Numbered from the whole stretch's first letter, positions 1 to 13,935 are shown. The stretch: 63,549 nucleotides of DNA, filler included, from Octopus bimaculoides (GCF_001194135.2; 8 parts of 8 records of this genome joined end to end with filler, not necessarily neighbours in it), one strand, 5' to 3'. Made by a program: numbers and translations. Notes: generated by a model not told the origin, from the letters alone.

Positions 1-17
1 ATATATGCATAATCGTG

Positions 18-53
<36 letters not shown>

Positions 54-394
54 CATGGATGAAATAGGAATGCATATACATATGACACATGCACATACAC
101 TCTGACACACAAACATGCATAGATACATACATACATACATATTAGAGATGTCATGAAGTATCGTCTGGTATATATATAATGCAAATTATAAACAATTCAT
201 AAAACAGACCGATGGTTAATAATTTTTTCGAAACTTAAATTGTTTCGTCTTTAAAAAGTTTAAGCACACACGTATGTATATATGTATCCCATTTTATTTC
301 TCGATTTCTTGCCAATAGAAAAAGAACCGGTTTCTAACTTAGATCCAAGGCTCCTTCACTGGATTTTCAACATCAACAACAGAATATTTTTGTT

Positions 395-442
<48 letters not shown>

Positions 443-919
443 NNNNNNNNNNNNNNNNNNNNNNNNNNNNNNNNNNNNNNNNNNNNNNNNNNNNNNNNNN
501 NNNNNNNNNNNNNNNNNNNNNNNNNNNNNNNNNNNNNNNNNNNNNNNNNNNNNNNNNNNNNNNNNNNNNNNNNNNNNNNNNNNNNNNNNNNNNNNNNNNN
601 NNNNNNNNNNNNNNNNNNNNNNNNNNNNNNNNNNNNNNNNNNNNNNNNNNNNNNNNNNNNNNNNNNNNNNNNNNNNNNNNNNNNNNNNNNNNNNNNATAT
701 GTGTGTGTGTGTGTGCGTATATATGTATATATATATATATATAAATACATACATATATGTATATATATATATATATATAAATACATACATATATGTATAT
801 ATATATATATAAATACATACATATATGTATATATATATATATAAATACATGCATATATGTATATATATATGCAAATACATGCATATATGTATATATATAT
901 GCATACATATATATATATG

Positions 920-989
<70 letters not shown>

Positions 990-1190
990 TACATATATAT
1001 ATATATATATGCATACATATATGTATGTATATATATGCATACATATAGGTATGTATATATATATATATTTATATATATATATATGTATATATATATATAC
1101 ACATACATACATAAATGTGTATATATGTATATATATGTATATATATACATACATACATACATGCATATATATGTGTGTGTGTGTGTGTGT
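1..1190. repeat. Compound (TA)n/(CA)n microsatellite field with a roughly 30-36 bp TA-derived minisatellite
   Basis: Repeated atatatgtatatatatatatataaatacatac units at 715-930; source of the IYIY ORFs. Confidence 0.9.
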
Positions 1191-1279
1191 GTGGAGAGGG
1201 AGAGAGATGAGTGAGAGGCTACAGCCATGAGTAGAAGACTCGTTAAGTTATCGGTAGATATAGAGATCTTCAAGAGGAC

Positions 1280-2340
1280 CGTTTCCCCATTATAACGAGG
1301 CCTTTGAAAAGTTAGAATTTATATGGAGGACAACCCACACTCGGTCCCGAATCGGAAGTAAGCCAGGAGGAGGAAGCTAATGCGCTTCAATGTCTTTTTA
1401 ACCTCGAAGTTTCAAGCAGCATAGTTAGGAGCTTGTTGATGCTAGTTAAGAAATATCTCTCAAGAAACTCTAAATATTGCTAAATTTTCATCCACTACAA
1501 CTCATTCTCAGACGAAATCACTTCAAACGCTATAATGTACGCATACACGCATCTACACGGCCTCCTATACACACCCAAATCTGCAACTACTGAAATCTTT
1601 ACTGCCGACTGTGAGAGCCGTGCCTCTCGACGGCTGTCGTTTATAGTTCAACCTTTACAATATCCGATGACATCATGAATACTGCTCAGGCATGAAGTCA
1701 AAGACCCCAAGAGAAGTTATAGATAGCATATGCATGCTGTCAGGTGTAGGATTAGGTAAAACTCCATCTCCTCTGCTCCTTTTTAACTCGAGACACTGCG
1801 ACCACCAGGCAGACTTCCCCAATTACTGGAGTATTATTAGTAAGACCTTCCGTACTCACCTGGAGTTCATAATTACCACCTCTGCTTCTAAAAGAGATCA
1901 CACATACTCTACCCACTTGCAGTATCATCAAAAAGAAGAATGAACTTATTTTTGCCACTAAGGTATGTCCTCTTAATGAACTTCAAACAATCATCAGCGG
2001 ACAATCCAAACATAGTACCTTAGGTTCGGCTGATCCATACGCAATAACATGGCACTTATTCCCTGCGAACATATTGACTACAATCTTATCCATGCTGACA
2101 GTCCAACCGTGATTCACTAAATTTTAATCCAGAACCACCAAATCAGGTTATTCCTACTGAAATGCTGTCCCCAGCATAGTGTCTGTCCTCCACTAGCCCG
2201 CGACAATTCGCCGTTCTGCTTCAAACAAGGAATGCAACGAACTGATGTTGCTAAATAAACAGTATTGCAGAAATAACGGCGACATCTTCCTGTTTGACCG
2301 CGAGAACTTCAGAGCCAATGACAACATGTAATCGGCGTTG
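1280..2340 (-). mobile_element. Degenerate CR1-clade LINE, RT and C-terminal region
   Basis: Frameshifted remnants in the expected order on the minus strand: QHQF, WTLCW-like, (F)ADDCLKF, VVVDENL, NKLL.ML..NFEVKD, EYG..WSPYK-like. Many stops. Confidence 0.62.
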
Positions 2341-2953
2341 ATAATACAGGCCTAACAACCGTGTGTTATCTTTAATTAATTTTCCTATTATTTGATCTTT
2401 TAATGCTTGACGTGCTAAGTTTGTTCTTAGAGTTGCACGGAGCCAATTGAAACTTTATTAATCAAAACATGTACGAGTGTCTGTGGGTGTACATGTGAAA
2501 GTGTATGCTTTATAAAATAGCTGGTTATTAGACATGAGTTTATATATATTTACATCCATTGTTAATGTGTAACCTGGAATCACAGTTATCTTACAAGCCT
2601 GTGATCAAACATATTTCACTCTTGAACCTCAAGTCTTTTATTTTGGGGGCACAATATATCTAGGATGACATTCTATATGTCTATTTTCTATATTTTATCT
2701 TTAGGAGAGTAGGGTAAGATTTGAGAGATATTTGAGTCCAATTACCAGCAAGTGGCGCTATTATATAGACATCTCATTGTTGATCGATGTATGCGTACTT
2801 ATGAAAGCGTGTGTAAAATATGTGTCGAAAAATGCATATACATGTATTATGTTATATATCTAAGTATGATAATCTGAACGGGTTGTGCGATGGATAATTA
2901 TGTGTATGTGTGACTTACTATATTCTTATTTAATTGATACTCTATTTTTTTGC

Positions 2954-2996
<43 letters not shown>

Positions 2997-3007
2997 NNNN
3001 NNNNNNA

Positions 3008-3047
<40 letters not shown>

Positions 3048-3589
3048 TGTATGTACCTGCACTTACATATCCCCTCAGTGAGATAATATTGAAATTCCAC
3101 ACTGAATGAAATGTATTTATGTATAACAGTTAATATGGAAGAATACATACTGAAGAGCACAAAAACCCGAAGGCCGCATGAAAGAACAAAAGCATTTGCT
3201 TATATGCACATAGGCGCGTACGTTTGCACACATATATGCGTGTCTGCATACGCATATATATATCTATGTATATTTATGTGTGTGCGTACATTCGTGCCTA
3301 TATTTTTGTACGAGTGCACGTGTGTGTGTTTGTTTGTGTGTTTGTGTGCATCTATTTGGGATTATTATTCTGTTCACAATAACTTGCAGCTGCTTTGTAT
3401 GAGAAAGCTAAACAATGGTTGCTACTATAATGTTTTGTGTCTATAGAGCCATTCCTGATAGAATATTATCAAACTCCGTCCTACATTGAATATTCCACTT
3501 TGAACAGGTTGTTTCTCTTTCTTAATATATTACAGTTAACGGCCATTCTCGTTCTAAAGCTCATCTCCTTTGTTCACCCTATCACCAAT

Positions 3590-4330
3590 AAGTGCTGCCA
3601 CCACTACTCTCACTCCCATCATCGCTGTCATCGTTTTCAACCTCGTCGACTTGATCATCCTCCTCCTACTCTTCCCCTCCTCATCATCATCACCGTCATC
3701 ATTACCATAAGATCTTCGACGTCCTTACCCTCATTCTCATCAATTTAATAATCATCATCATTATTTTTAACATCATTGACGTCGTCTTCGTCATCATCGC
3801 CATCACCATCATCCGTAGCATCGTCATCGTCTTATCCTCTTCCATTACATCGTCACCATTGTGGATCATAACAAGACTGAATTCATCCGGTGAAGATCAT
3901 TGTCATTTCCACCAACACTGATAAGGTCGTTGTCCTGGTCGTCATCATCAATAGCATCTTAATCATCATCGTCTTTTCCTTCTTCCCTTTCACCAATGTC
4001 CTTCACATCATTATTATTATCGGTCATCTCAATGATATGCATAATAATATATATTCAATAAACAAATCACCACAACCTTTCTTTTAGCACCACCAGCAGT
4101 TCATTGCGATGGTAGCACCACCCTCAATAGTAGCTAGGATAAAAATGCAATTATAACAACGCAACAATAATAACGAACAAAACACCACTAACATAATTAT
4201 TACCACACTAAAGACACTTACACATTACCACAAACAACCATTACGATAAACTCGAACTTACAACTCAACATTGTTCTACACCACCATCACCAATAAAAAC
4301 CGCTATCACTGCTGCCACCGTTTTAACCAT
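3590..4330. repeat. Degenerate (CAT)n/(CAA)n/(CAC)n trinucleotide field
   Basis: Decayed catcatc/caccac runs; no coherent protein. Confidence 0.8.
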
Positions 4331-4923
4331 AAACTTTCCCCCTTACCAAATGATTATATAACAACATTATCATAAGAATTTTTCTTCATTTTTTTTAATC
4401 ATCTTCTGTTCGTTGTATAATCCTGTGGTTATAACATGAACAGCATTCAGTTGGGTATTTATTTGACTTTATCGTCATGTTTTCATTTTCTCTTGATAGG
4501 GAAAGATTTTCAATGAAACGAGCCATGTTTATCAAAGAGTTCGATATTCATTAATTATTTGTTTCATTTTATATTTATATGTTTCTATTTCATTTATTTT
4601 TGGTTATTTCTTAGGAAATTAATTTACAAAAATTTAAAATGAAAGACTATTACCTTCATAATCATATTTCCATACATACACAGAATATTCGACAGAAAAA
4701 TATAGGACCTGAATGGAAAATGAAAATTCATAAATTATAATTAAAATATCACACAATTTTGTGGAATCGATAGATCTTGATATACGTTAGCATATGTGGA
4801 CGTCTGGAGGCTTTTAAAGGATCTATCGATCGGTAGGATGTAGAGATAAATGCTTCCATGAAGTTAGAGAACTGATAAGAAGATTCTATGATTCTATGGA
4901 TTCAATAAAGCCATGGCTACGTT

Positions 4924-4983
<60 letters not shown>

Positions 4984-5211
4984 CGCATGTGTGTTTATTA
5001 CGTGTATATATATATATANNNNNNNNNNNNNNNNNNNNNNNNNNNNNNNNNNNNNNNNNNNNNNNNNNNNNNNNNNNNNNNNNNNNNNNNNNNNNNNNNN
5101 NNNNNNNNNNNNNNNNNNNNNNNNNNNNNNNNNNNNNNNNNNNNNNNNNNNNNNNNNNNNNNNNNNNNNNNNNNNNNNNNNNNNNNNNNNNNNNNNNNNN
5201 NNNNNNNNNNN

Positions 5212-5267
<56 letters not shown>

Positions 5268-5559
5268 CAAGCCTTTCGAACGATGGTAACTTTAGTTGTC
5301 AAGTGTGAATGTGAGTGAATTCGGTGAATTGAAACTACAGCAATATAAAACCGAATTAGAATCCATGAGTTTGCATCCCCAAACCGTTAAATTGATCGTA
5401 TTGAACTGTTATTTAACATGCATTTTTATGGTGATTGTGAACTAATAAGTTATCAATGAAGTCGATTGTTCTCTGTCGGAAACTACAGTTGGTGTATAAA
5501 TGGGACAACTCGAAAGAATTAAATTCAGGAAATCTTTTGTTCCATTATTTTGGAAATTG

Positions 5560-6260
5560 CGGTATATATTTAAACCATCGTCACCTCTACCAGCACTTCA
5601 AGTGCTTTTAGTGGATATAATGTGCTGGTTTCAAACCAGCTCTTTTGAATGAGGGAGGGTAATTCCATATTTTGTTGTACTGCTTCCAATTGTAGCATGG
5701 ACGGCTTCCTCTGCCATACTCTCCTTACACTCTTAAAAAGGCTGCAAAACTTGATAGATCCTTCCTCACAAGACTAACATCAAAAATATATTCTTTAGTG
5801 GATATGCAAAATTTTAATCAAGTAGCAATCAGCTATAATCCCGTGCGGCATAAGCAGTCCATCAATAATGTTCGCAAGTTTTCCCCTTATAAATTCATCG
5901 CAATATCAAAAGTAAGCTATGCACTTGAAGCATGGAAAAGTTCAGCCAGCGCACATAATAAGCTGAATATCTTTCATTGGTGATGCATTCAGTTCGTAAT
6001 TGTAATTTTGAGGAGCGATCACATTACCCACAACGAAGTGATGACGAACCAGGCCCTTAGGTACTACGTGGCATTACCAAGGACAGAAGATTTACAGGGC
6101 ACGTTGTACATCAACCTGAATATAGATCAGTCTATATTACTAATAATATATGCTGGGCTTTAGAGTGCAGCAGACGACAGAGAAGGCGACAAAAGATACA
6201 GCGGAAGACGTTCGTGGAAGACTCTTACGACATGGAAGTCATTTGGGGTGGTAACATTAA
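5560..6260 (+). mobile_element. Degenerate RTE-clade LINE 3' end
   Basis: ISKVSYALEAWKSSASAHNKLNIFHW*CI..DHITHNEV..GHVVHQP..RRRQK resembles the RTE C-terminus (LLYGAETW..LDVFHQRCLR..DHVTNEEV..GHVLR). Confidence 0.6.
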
Positions 6261-7239
6261 AATAACAGGTGACATACTCAAATATAGACAACTTGACTCC
6301 TGATAACTCAGAAAAAGAAAATGCGATCAGATTTTAAAGTCTTACATTTCTTAAATGATATTACGACTAAATAATGATATAAATTCTATAACGAATGTTA
6401 TAAATAAGATATGGTAATGTTTAAAGTTAGTTTTTTTATAGTACAGCTATTACCAAGTCATAAATCTATGTCTGAAAAGAACATAACTTAAACATTCAAT
6501 CTTACTTTATAGACAGAGAAATTTTAGTAGAATTTCCTTTATGGCTTATACTCAAGTTTTCCAGTATATATTGCACTCGAAGTTTAATAATGTTGCTTAA
6601 GTGAACAATTTGATAAATTAAGTAATGTTCTAGACATAGTTTTCTAGCGATCGATGGTATCTTAATTTTGCAAAGTTGTTTCATCATAAGAGATCAATAT
6701 TTTTCTGCTTAACTGATGGCAAATAATTAAATACATTAAATTGAATTGTGACAAAATAGAAACATGAAAAAAAACCTATGATAATATACTTCATAGTCCC
6801 AATTTAATTAACATTGATTGTTGATATAATCAGAATTTCCAGTATACAATTAACATTGTGCAAAACATTGCTGAGAAGATCTTGCAACCTACTGAGTTTG
6901 CAGTTACACTCCCAAAACTACTCGATACTCATCAGTATTGAAATTTACAAATTACCATCATTATTTGTATATCTAAAACCTAAATATAAAATCAATACTT
7001 CTACTTATAGCAAAAGTATTGATACACCACGGTATCATCTATTCAAGATACCAAGACTGAATTCAAAGAATGAAAGAAGAATTGGTTGAAATAATGAATT
7101 CTGGTATAAAAGTATATGGATATTGAATATAAACGTTACATATACGCGTGGAAATACGTATGTGTGTGTGTGCGCGCGCGTGTGTGCGCGTGTATACACA
7201 CAAACATGCAACTTCATACACAAACATACAACAAACATA

Positions 7240-7803
7240 CGTCTTCACCAGCGTAAGTTGTTGTTACGTGCTTGGTGGGAGATGAAAGGTTTGCCCACTT
7301 TGAGCTTTTAAACCAAAAACAAACAATAACAAAGGAGATCTACTGCGAGCAGCTTGTGTGCTTTAAGTCAGCGCTAGAAGAAAAGTGACCATTTTTGGTT
7401 TCAAGACGAAAGGTGTTTCTCTATCAAGATAATGCTCAGCCACATACAGTGAGGATAACATTCCAAAGGCTGGAGCAGTTTGAATGGGAAATGGTGTCCC
7501 ACCCACCATATTCACCAGACATTGCTCCATCTGATTATCATTTATTCCGCAGTCTTCAAAATGATTTGGACGGAAAAAAATTTGAATTCTGTAGATGAGG
7601 TCAGAACAGCACCGGAGGAGTATTTTTCGTACGGACAAGTGAATTTTGGAAGAAGGGCCTTGCAAATCTACCGGATATATGGAAGATCATTGTAGAAAAT
7701 GAAGGAGAGTATATTTTAGATTAGAAACGAACTTTGTTTATCTTAATTTTGAAAAATAAAAAAAAGTATAAAGAAATGCATTATTTATGGGATGAGCAAA
7801 ATA
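7240..7803 (+). mobile_element. Mariner (D34D) transposon, 3' half with right TIR
   Basis: LHQRKLLLRAWWEMKG, YQDNAQPHT, HPPYSPDIAPSDYHLFRSLQN. Right TIR remnant gcattatttatgggatgagcaaaata ends at TA (7803). Frameshifted. Confidence 0.9.
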
Positions 7804-8397
7804 TATTTGAAATATTTCTTTATTGATTCTTCCCTTGGCTTACATTTTTATAGCAATTAATCAATGCAAAATCTAATGTGTTGTTTTTCTCCTAAGGCTG
7901 TAAGTACATGAAATATCTACAGGAAATAGGTGATACTTAGAGTAATCATGCGAGCGTGTCATTACAGAACACGAAATTGCTTTTGCGGTTAGCTTCCAGC
8001 GAAGCTAAATGTTGAATTAGACAAATACAGGAAAAGGATGAGGAAGAGGAGGGGGTGGGAGATAGAAGGGAAAGATTCGAATTCTAAAGTTTTGCATTGG
8101 TAGAATAACATGTTCACAAATATTTCACCCGCAGCTGCCCTAACTTAATTGTTATGATATTATTTCAAACTATGAAAGAGGAACAGCAATTTTATGTCGG
8201 TGGTATTAACCGATTAACTGAACCCAGTATTCGACAGGTACGTTATTTTATCAATCTCGGAATATTGAAAGGCAATTTGGCCACCTTGAATTTGAACTCA
8301 TTACGTAGAATATGAACTCAGAACAGATGTCGATACGCTTTTCGTCCAACTTGATAAAGATTATACCAGCTCACTGCGTTTACTATTATGTGAGAAG

Positions 8398-8572
8398 TGG
8401 GTACATCAGTTACATCGAGTCAAGTACTTGAGTGGTACTTAATTTATCGACCCCGAAAGGATGAAAAACAAAGTCGACCTCGACGGAATTTGAACTCTGA
8501 ACGTAAAGACGGGCGAAATATCGCTAAGAATTTTTTCCGGTGCGCTAACGATCTGCCAGCTCGTCTCCTTTA
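8398..8572 (-). mobile_element. tRNA-derived SINE, family A
   Basis: Reverse complement of gctggcaga.cgttagc..gagttcaaattccg.cgaggtcgacttt..tttcggggtcgataaattaagtacc; matches 61292-61500. Confidence 0.8.
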
Positions 8573-9199
8573 CTATCATAATAACAATAATCCTTTCTAC
8601 TATAGACACAAGGCCTGACATTTTGTGGGAAAAGCTAGTTGATTACATCAACACTTAGGGTGAACTGGTACTTATTTCGTCGACTCGCAAAAGATGAGAG
8701 CAAAGTCGGCCAGGTCTGCTTTACAGTATATTATATTATATAATATAATATAATATACTGTGTCTCGAATGGCATAGCAATGCACTATAATAATAACAGT
8801 GGACTATAATAACTGTTATGATTTAATCACCCATAGTTTGATATAATATTTTGGAATATAAAAATTCTTTCTTCAGATATCCCTAGGAATTGATCGAGTC
8901 ACTGCTATAATCGGCTTTCCAACGATTTTTTTCCTCCGGAAGCCTCTCTGCATTGGTCTCACGAAGCCCCTTGCGGAATTCCTCATGAAGTGCGTGAGTG
9001 CGGCCATGTCTTAAGCTCCTGTGTGCTGGCACATCCGTAGCGTTGCTTCTAAGTTATGTATTATACGTGCAATTTCCTTGGTTCATTTTTGATCGGTTCA
9101 GTTTTGATAACATGCTCATGTATTACTTATAAAATAAAAGACAGAAGAAACGACACACGTTCAGACGTAGCTTAATGATATATTGACTACCAACATCCA

Positions 9200-9400
9200 G
9201 CATAGGGCCGTAGTTTGTCTATGAGGAAAGCTTCCTTAATTCTTGCCTAAATTTCTTTCATTGGCTTTAGTTGTGAATGTTATGCTTTTCTCGATGTTCC
9301 GGCATCTGTCTAGATGATTTCTGAAGGAGGAGGCTCTCGCGTTCAGATTCCCTTTGATACGAATGTGTAACGGTCTTGTTGTTATTATAGTCCATTGATG
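9200..9400 (-). mobile_element. Penelope-like element, GIY-YIG endonuclease C-terminal remnant
   Basis: TTRPLHIRIKGNLNARASSFRNHL...ERNL / RIKEAFLIDKLRP (one frameshift), matching the PLE pattern RPLxxRIKEH..RKIKEAxxIxxLKP. Confidence 0.55.
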
Positions 9401-9482
9401 TTATTTTAGTGCATTGTTGTGCCATTCAAGACATTATATTTTACAAACAACACACAATGCCTCAAGTGAACTGCAATACTTT

Positions 9483-9518
<36 letters not shown>

Positions 9519-11295
9519 AAAAATAAAAACAAAAACACAAAGGATTCTGCGGTACACGTGTTTCAAGCTTTATATCAGTGTATAATTGACAATACAAAGC
9601 TATCTTCAGCCGCAAAAGTAATTCTCTCCCAAGAAATTATATCACATCGGCGTTAAAGGAGGAAGAAAGGTGAGATGTAAGGGGTGAGGTTCCTTTTGGT
9701 ATTTTGCATTGTACTATACATTGTACTATTACCTCGTAGAATTCTCCATTTACACATAATTTCCTCGGTACTCCGAAATCCGTCCATACCTTGCCACGAT
9801 TCAGTGTGTAGTGTTAAGTTGGTGGTTAAGAACAATATAATAAAATGACAAAATGAAATAATAATATAAAATAAAATAGGAATAATAATATATATATATA
9901 TATACTTATGCGTGTGTTTATGTATGTATGTATGTATGTATGTATGTATGTACGTAATTGCATACAGATAAGGAAAATATCCAAATGAATGTATCTGAAA
10001 ACAAGATAACATATAGGTGGAGTTAGAAACGAGTCATGTAATTTGGGAGAGGACAGCATTCGATAATATCGATTCAAGTATTTGCTTTGCGCAGTATTTT
10101 AAAGATCAAGGAAGGATAAAAGGTAAGGCTGATATTGACTGGAACCGAACTCACAACACAAAGAGCAAGAACAGGCGAAGCAATACATCTTGTATAAGGC
10201 CCTTACGATTGGAATAACCCAGTATTCTGAACAGAAAATAATTATTTCTGTCATACGAGGAAGAGAGGAAATTTGTGTGAGTGAATTAGCCGATACAATC
10301 TATTCACTATGTAACTAACATTTTATTGTATCGATCTTGAAAAGAGGAAATGCAAAGATCACCTTGGCGTGTTAGGAACTTGAGCATAAAAACCAGGTAC
10401 AGATAACGAAGATCAGTTTCCACAAGCTTGTAACGGTTCTGTGGATCTAATTATGCTTCTTCTCAGTATCTGAGTAATTTCTGTTTTTTTTTTTTTTTGC
10501 TATTTCATCAGCGATCAATTACTCACAAGATANNNNNNNNNNNNNNNNNNNNNNNNNNNNNNNNNNNNNNNNNNNNNNNNNNNNNNNNNNNNNNNNNNNN
10601 NNNNNNNNNNNNNNNNNNNNNNNNNNNNNNNNNNNNNNNNNNNNNNNNNNNNNNNNNNNNNNNNNNNNNNNNNNNNNNNNNNNNNNNNNNNNNNNNNNNN
10701 NNNNNNNNNNNNNNNNNNNNNNNNNNNNNNNNNNNNNNNNNNNNNNNNNNNNNNNNNNNNNNNNNNNNNNNNNNNNNNNNNNNNNNNNNNNNNNNNNNNN
10801 NNNNNNNNNNNNNNNNNNNNNNNNNNNNNNNNNNNNNNNNNNNNNNNNNNNNNNNNNNNNNNNNNNNNNNNNNNNNNNNNNNNNNNNNNNNNNNNNNNNN
10901 NNNNNNNNNNNNNNNNNNNNNNNNNNNNNNNNNNNNNNNNNNNNNNNNNNNNNNNNNNNNNNNNNNNNNNNNNNNNNNNNNNNNNNNNNNNNNNNNNNNN
11001 NNNNNNNNNNNNNNNNNNNNNNNNNNNNNNNNNNNNNNNNNNNNNNNNNNNNNNNNNNNNNNNNNNNNNNNNNNNNNNNNNNNNNNNNNNNNNNNNNNNN
11101 NNNNNNNNNNNNNNNNNNNNNNNNNNNNNNNNNNNNNNNNNNNNNNNNNNNNNNNNNNNNNNNNNNNNNNNNNNNNNNNNNNNNNNNNNNNNNNNNNNNN
11201 NNNNNNNNNNNNNNNNNNNNNNNNNNNNNNNNNNNNNNNNNNNNNNNNNNNNNNNNNNNNNNNNNNNNNNNNNNNNNNNNNNNNNNNNNNNNNNN

Positions 11296-11356
<61 letters not shown>

Positions 11357-11661
11357 ACACACACACGCACACACATGTATTCATCGTTCTAATGTAGGTA
11401 TTCCTCAAGGAGATATTTTTTTAATTAATAGAAAACGCTCCGATAATGTAATAAGATTTTATTCATATTGTTAGCATGTTGCAGAGATTACAAAAAAATC
11501 ATAATTCCTTTGAATATAAACATACTGGATACCTACACAAACAAGTCACGTTGCCATAAATAGATTGAGATGAAGTAGTGCTTGATATATACTTATATAT
11601 CTCTCATCATAGTCTCGCTATTCTCTCTTTATCCTTTTCCCTCGTTATCTCTAATTCACTT

Positions 11662-11709
<48 letters not shown>

Positions 11710-12101
11710 CCTTCTTCCTCTAAATATACGTATGTATGCATCAATGCGTATCCTTATCCAAAATGGCATCGAACATCTACCTGGTAATATAGCGTAGAAT
11801 TTAAAAAGACAAAAATCACTAAAAGCGTTAATGACATGCAAATTAAAATAATTAAAATACCGAATTACTTTCCAGAAAATATCAGTTCAGATGTCATTAG
11901 TATTTCCTACAAGGTGACTCTATATGCCATCTACTGTTAGTTAACTTTATTGACTTTAATGTTTATATTTAAGCTAATTGATCGATTTTAAGTTTGTACT
12001 AATTTACGTTTTACATAAGTTAAGAGCCATCTAGGTAATTATGATAATCTATGTGTTGTAGGCCAAAAGTCTTCATCATCATGATCGTCGTAGGCGTCGT
12101 C

Positions 12102-12102
12102 G

Positions 12103-12185
<83 letters not shown>

Positions 12186-12392
12186 NNNNNNNNNNNNNNN
12201 NNNNNNNNNNNNNNNNNNNNNNNNNNNNNNNNNNNNNNNNNNNNNNNNNNNNNNNNNNNNNNNNNNNNNNNNNNNNNNNNNNNNNNNNNNNNNNNNNNNN
12301 NNNNNNNNNNNNNNNNNNNNNNNNNNNNNNNNNNNNNNNNNNNNNNNNNNNNNNNNNNNNNTGGTGGTGGTGGTGGTGGTGGTGGTGGTGGT
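12102..12392. repeat. (GTT)n, gap, (GGT)n microsatellite
   Basis: Direct reading. Confidence 0.95.
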
Positions 12393-12396
12393 GTTA

Positions 12397-12585
12397 TTAA
12401 AGCGGTGAGCCGCCAGAACCGTTAACACGCCGAACAAGATGCTAGAGGTATCTCATGCGTATTTACCTTCCGAGTTCAAATTCCGCTGAGGTCGACTTTG
12501 CTTTGTATCCGTTAAGGGTGGATAACATAAGTACCGACGTCCATGTGATCAGCTTACCTCCTACCCCAAAATTTAGGACTATTAT
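12397..12585 (+). mobile_element. tRNA-derived SINE, family A, followed by (ATT)n
   Basis: aaagcggtgagc..gagttcaaattccgctgaggtcgactttgc..ccccaaaattt. Confidence 0.75.
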
Positions 12586-13869
12586 TATTATTATTATTAT
12601 TATTATTTCTAAACTAAAATAACAATTACAACCTAAAGAAATCATTACATTATTGAAAATTGAATATAAATAATCAAATTGTCTATTTATGTGGGGTACA
12701 TAGAAATATTACACACACACATATATACACACAGATACATACATGTTTCTTGCAATACATACCAATAGTTACATCGAACGCAATTTTTTTTCAGGGTCCC
12801 AAAAAATACTATTGTGAATCCCTAATTTACTATATTGTTGGATAGGCCCCAAAATTCATATATAGGCCCTCAGATGTACAATTGCTAAAACCAACAAAAA
12901 TCTTCTGCTTCTCTGTGGAGAAATTATTTTGAGTGTTATGAATCAAGATTGATCGAAATATTGAACTTAATAGATTGAAAAATGTTTTATAGATTTATAA
13001 ATTTTGTTACAAGAGCTATCATGTCCAGACGTAACGTGAATTTGCCATGACTTCCATGTTATATGAAATGAGTGAGCTAAGAAGTCAATGGGGAATTTTT
13101 CCCCCTACAGAATTTGATATGGCAAAACTTTCTGGAACGCAACGGTAATTTTTAATATATGGGATGCTTTTGTATATAGACACAACAAAACACACACATA
13201 TGTATGCACTTATATATATAATTATAAATAAGGGGGAAAGAAAAATGTCTATGCCAATATGCTGATAAATAGACTTTAAATCGTCCAACACCACATACAA
13301 TATTCATCACTATAAATACACATCGTGTTGAATCGAGTGAAGGAAGCTAACAGAATTTTTTTTTAAATGCGTTATCTCTGTATCGATCGATTTCGGGATT
13401 AATCCAATGGATATTTCCTTCTTCAGGAGAGAATACGATAAGAAATAAACGAAATACTTACAAGCACCCATGGAAAATAGCAGAAGCAAAGTCAGGACTA
13501 CACATAAGTACGCCAAATATATCTAAATATAAATTCCGTACCAAGCCTCAACACACGTGTAATCGGGCAGGAACTACAGCTTAGAGTGGTCACCAGTGCC
13601 GAAGTGAATGATAATAATTTACTTCTAATATAAGATAAAATTTTTCAAAAACTTTCATCAAGCGGCCAGCATATTAAAACACCTTTTAATGTGTGCTTCC
13701 CTCGACTCAACATACTGTGTATTTATAGTGATGTATATTGTATGTGGTGTTATATATATATAAATATATAGATGGATAGATTGTGTGTATACATACATAT
13801 ATGTATACATGCACACACACACACGCACACATCTCTCTCTCACTCTCTCTCTGTATATATATATATATA

Positions 13870-13935
<66 letters not shown>

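Noticed and set aside
282-1273. Long IYIY/CVCV ORFs here and throughout the window
   Set aside because: Translations of (TA)n/(TG)n microsatellites and N gaps.
4766-4830. 11-bp inverted repeat atcgatagatc/gatctatcgat as a possible pre-miRNA
   Set aside because: The 43-nt interior does not pair; too little stem.
10497-11474. Roughly 300-aa ORFs
   Set aside because: Almost entirely an N gap plus (CT)n.
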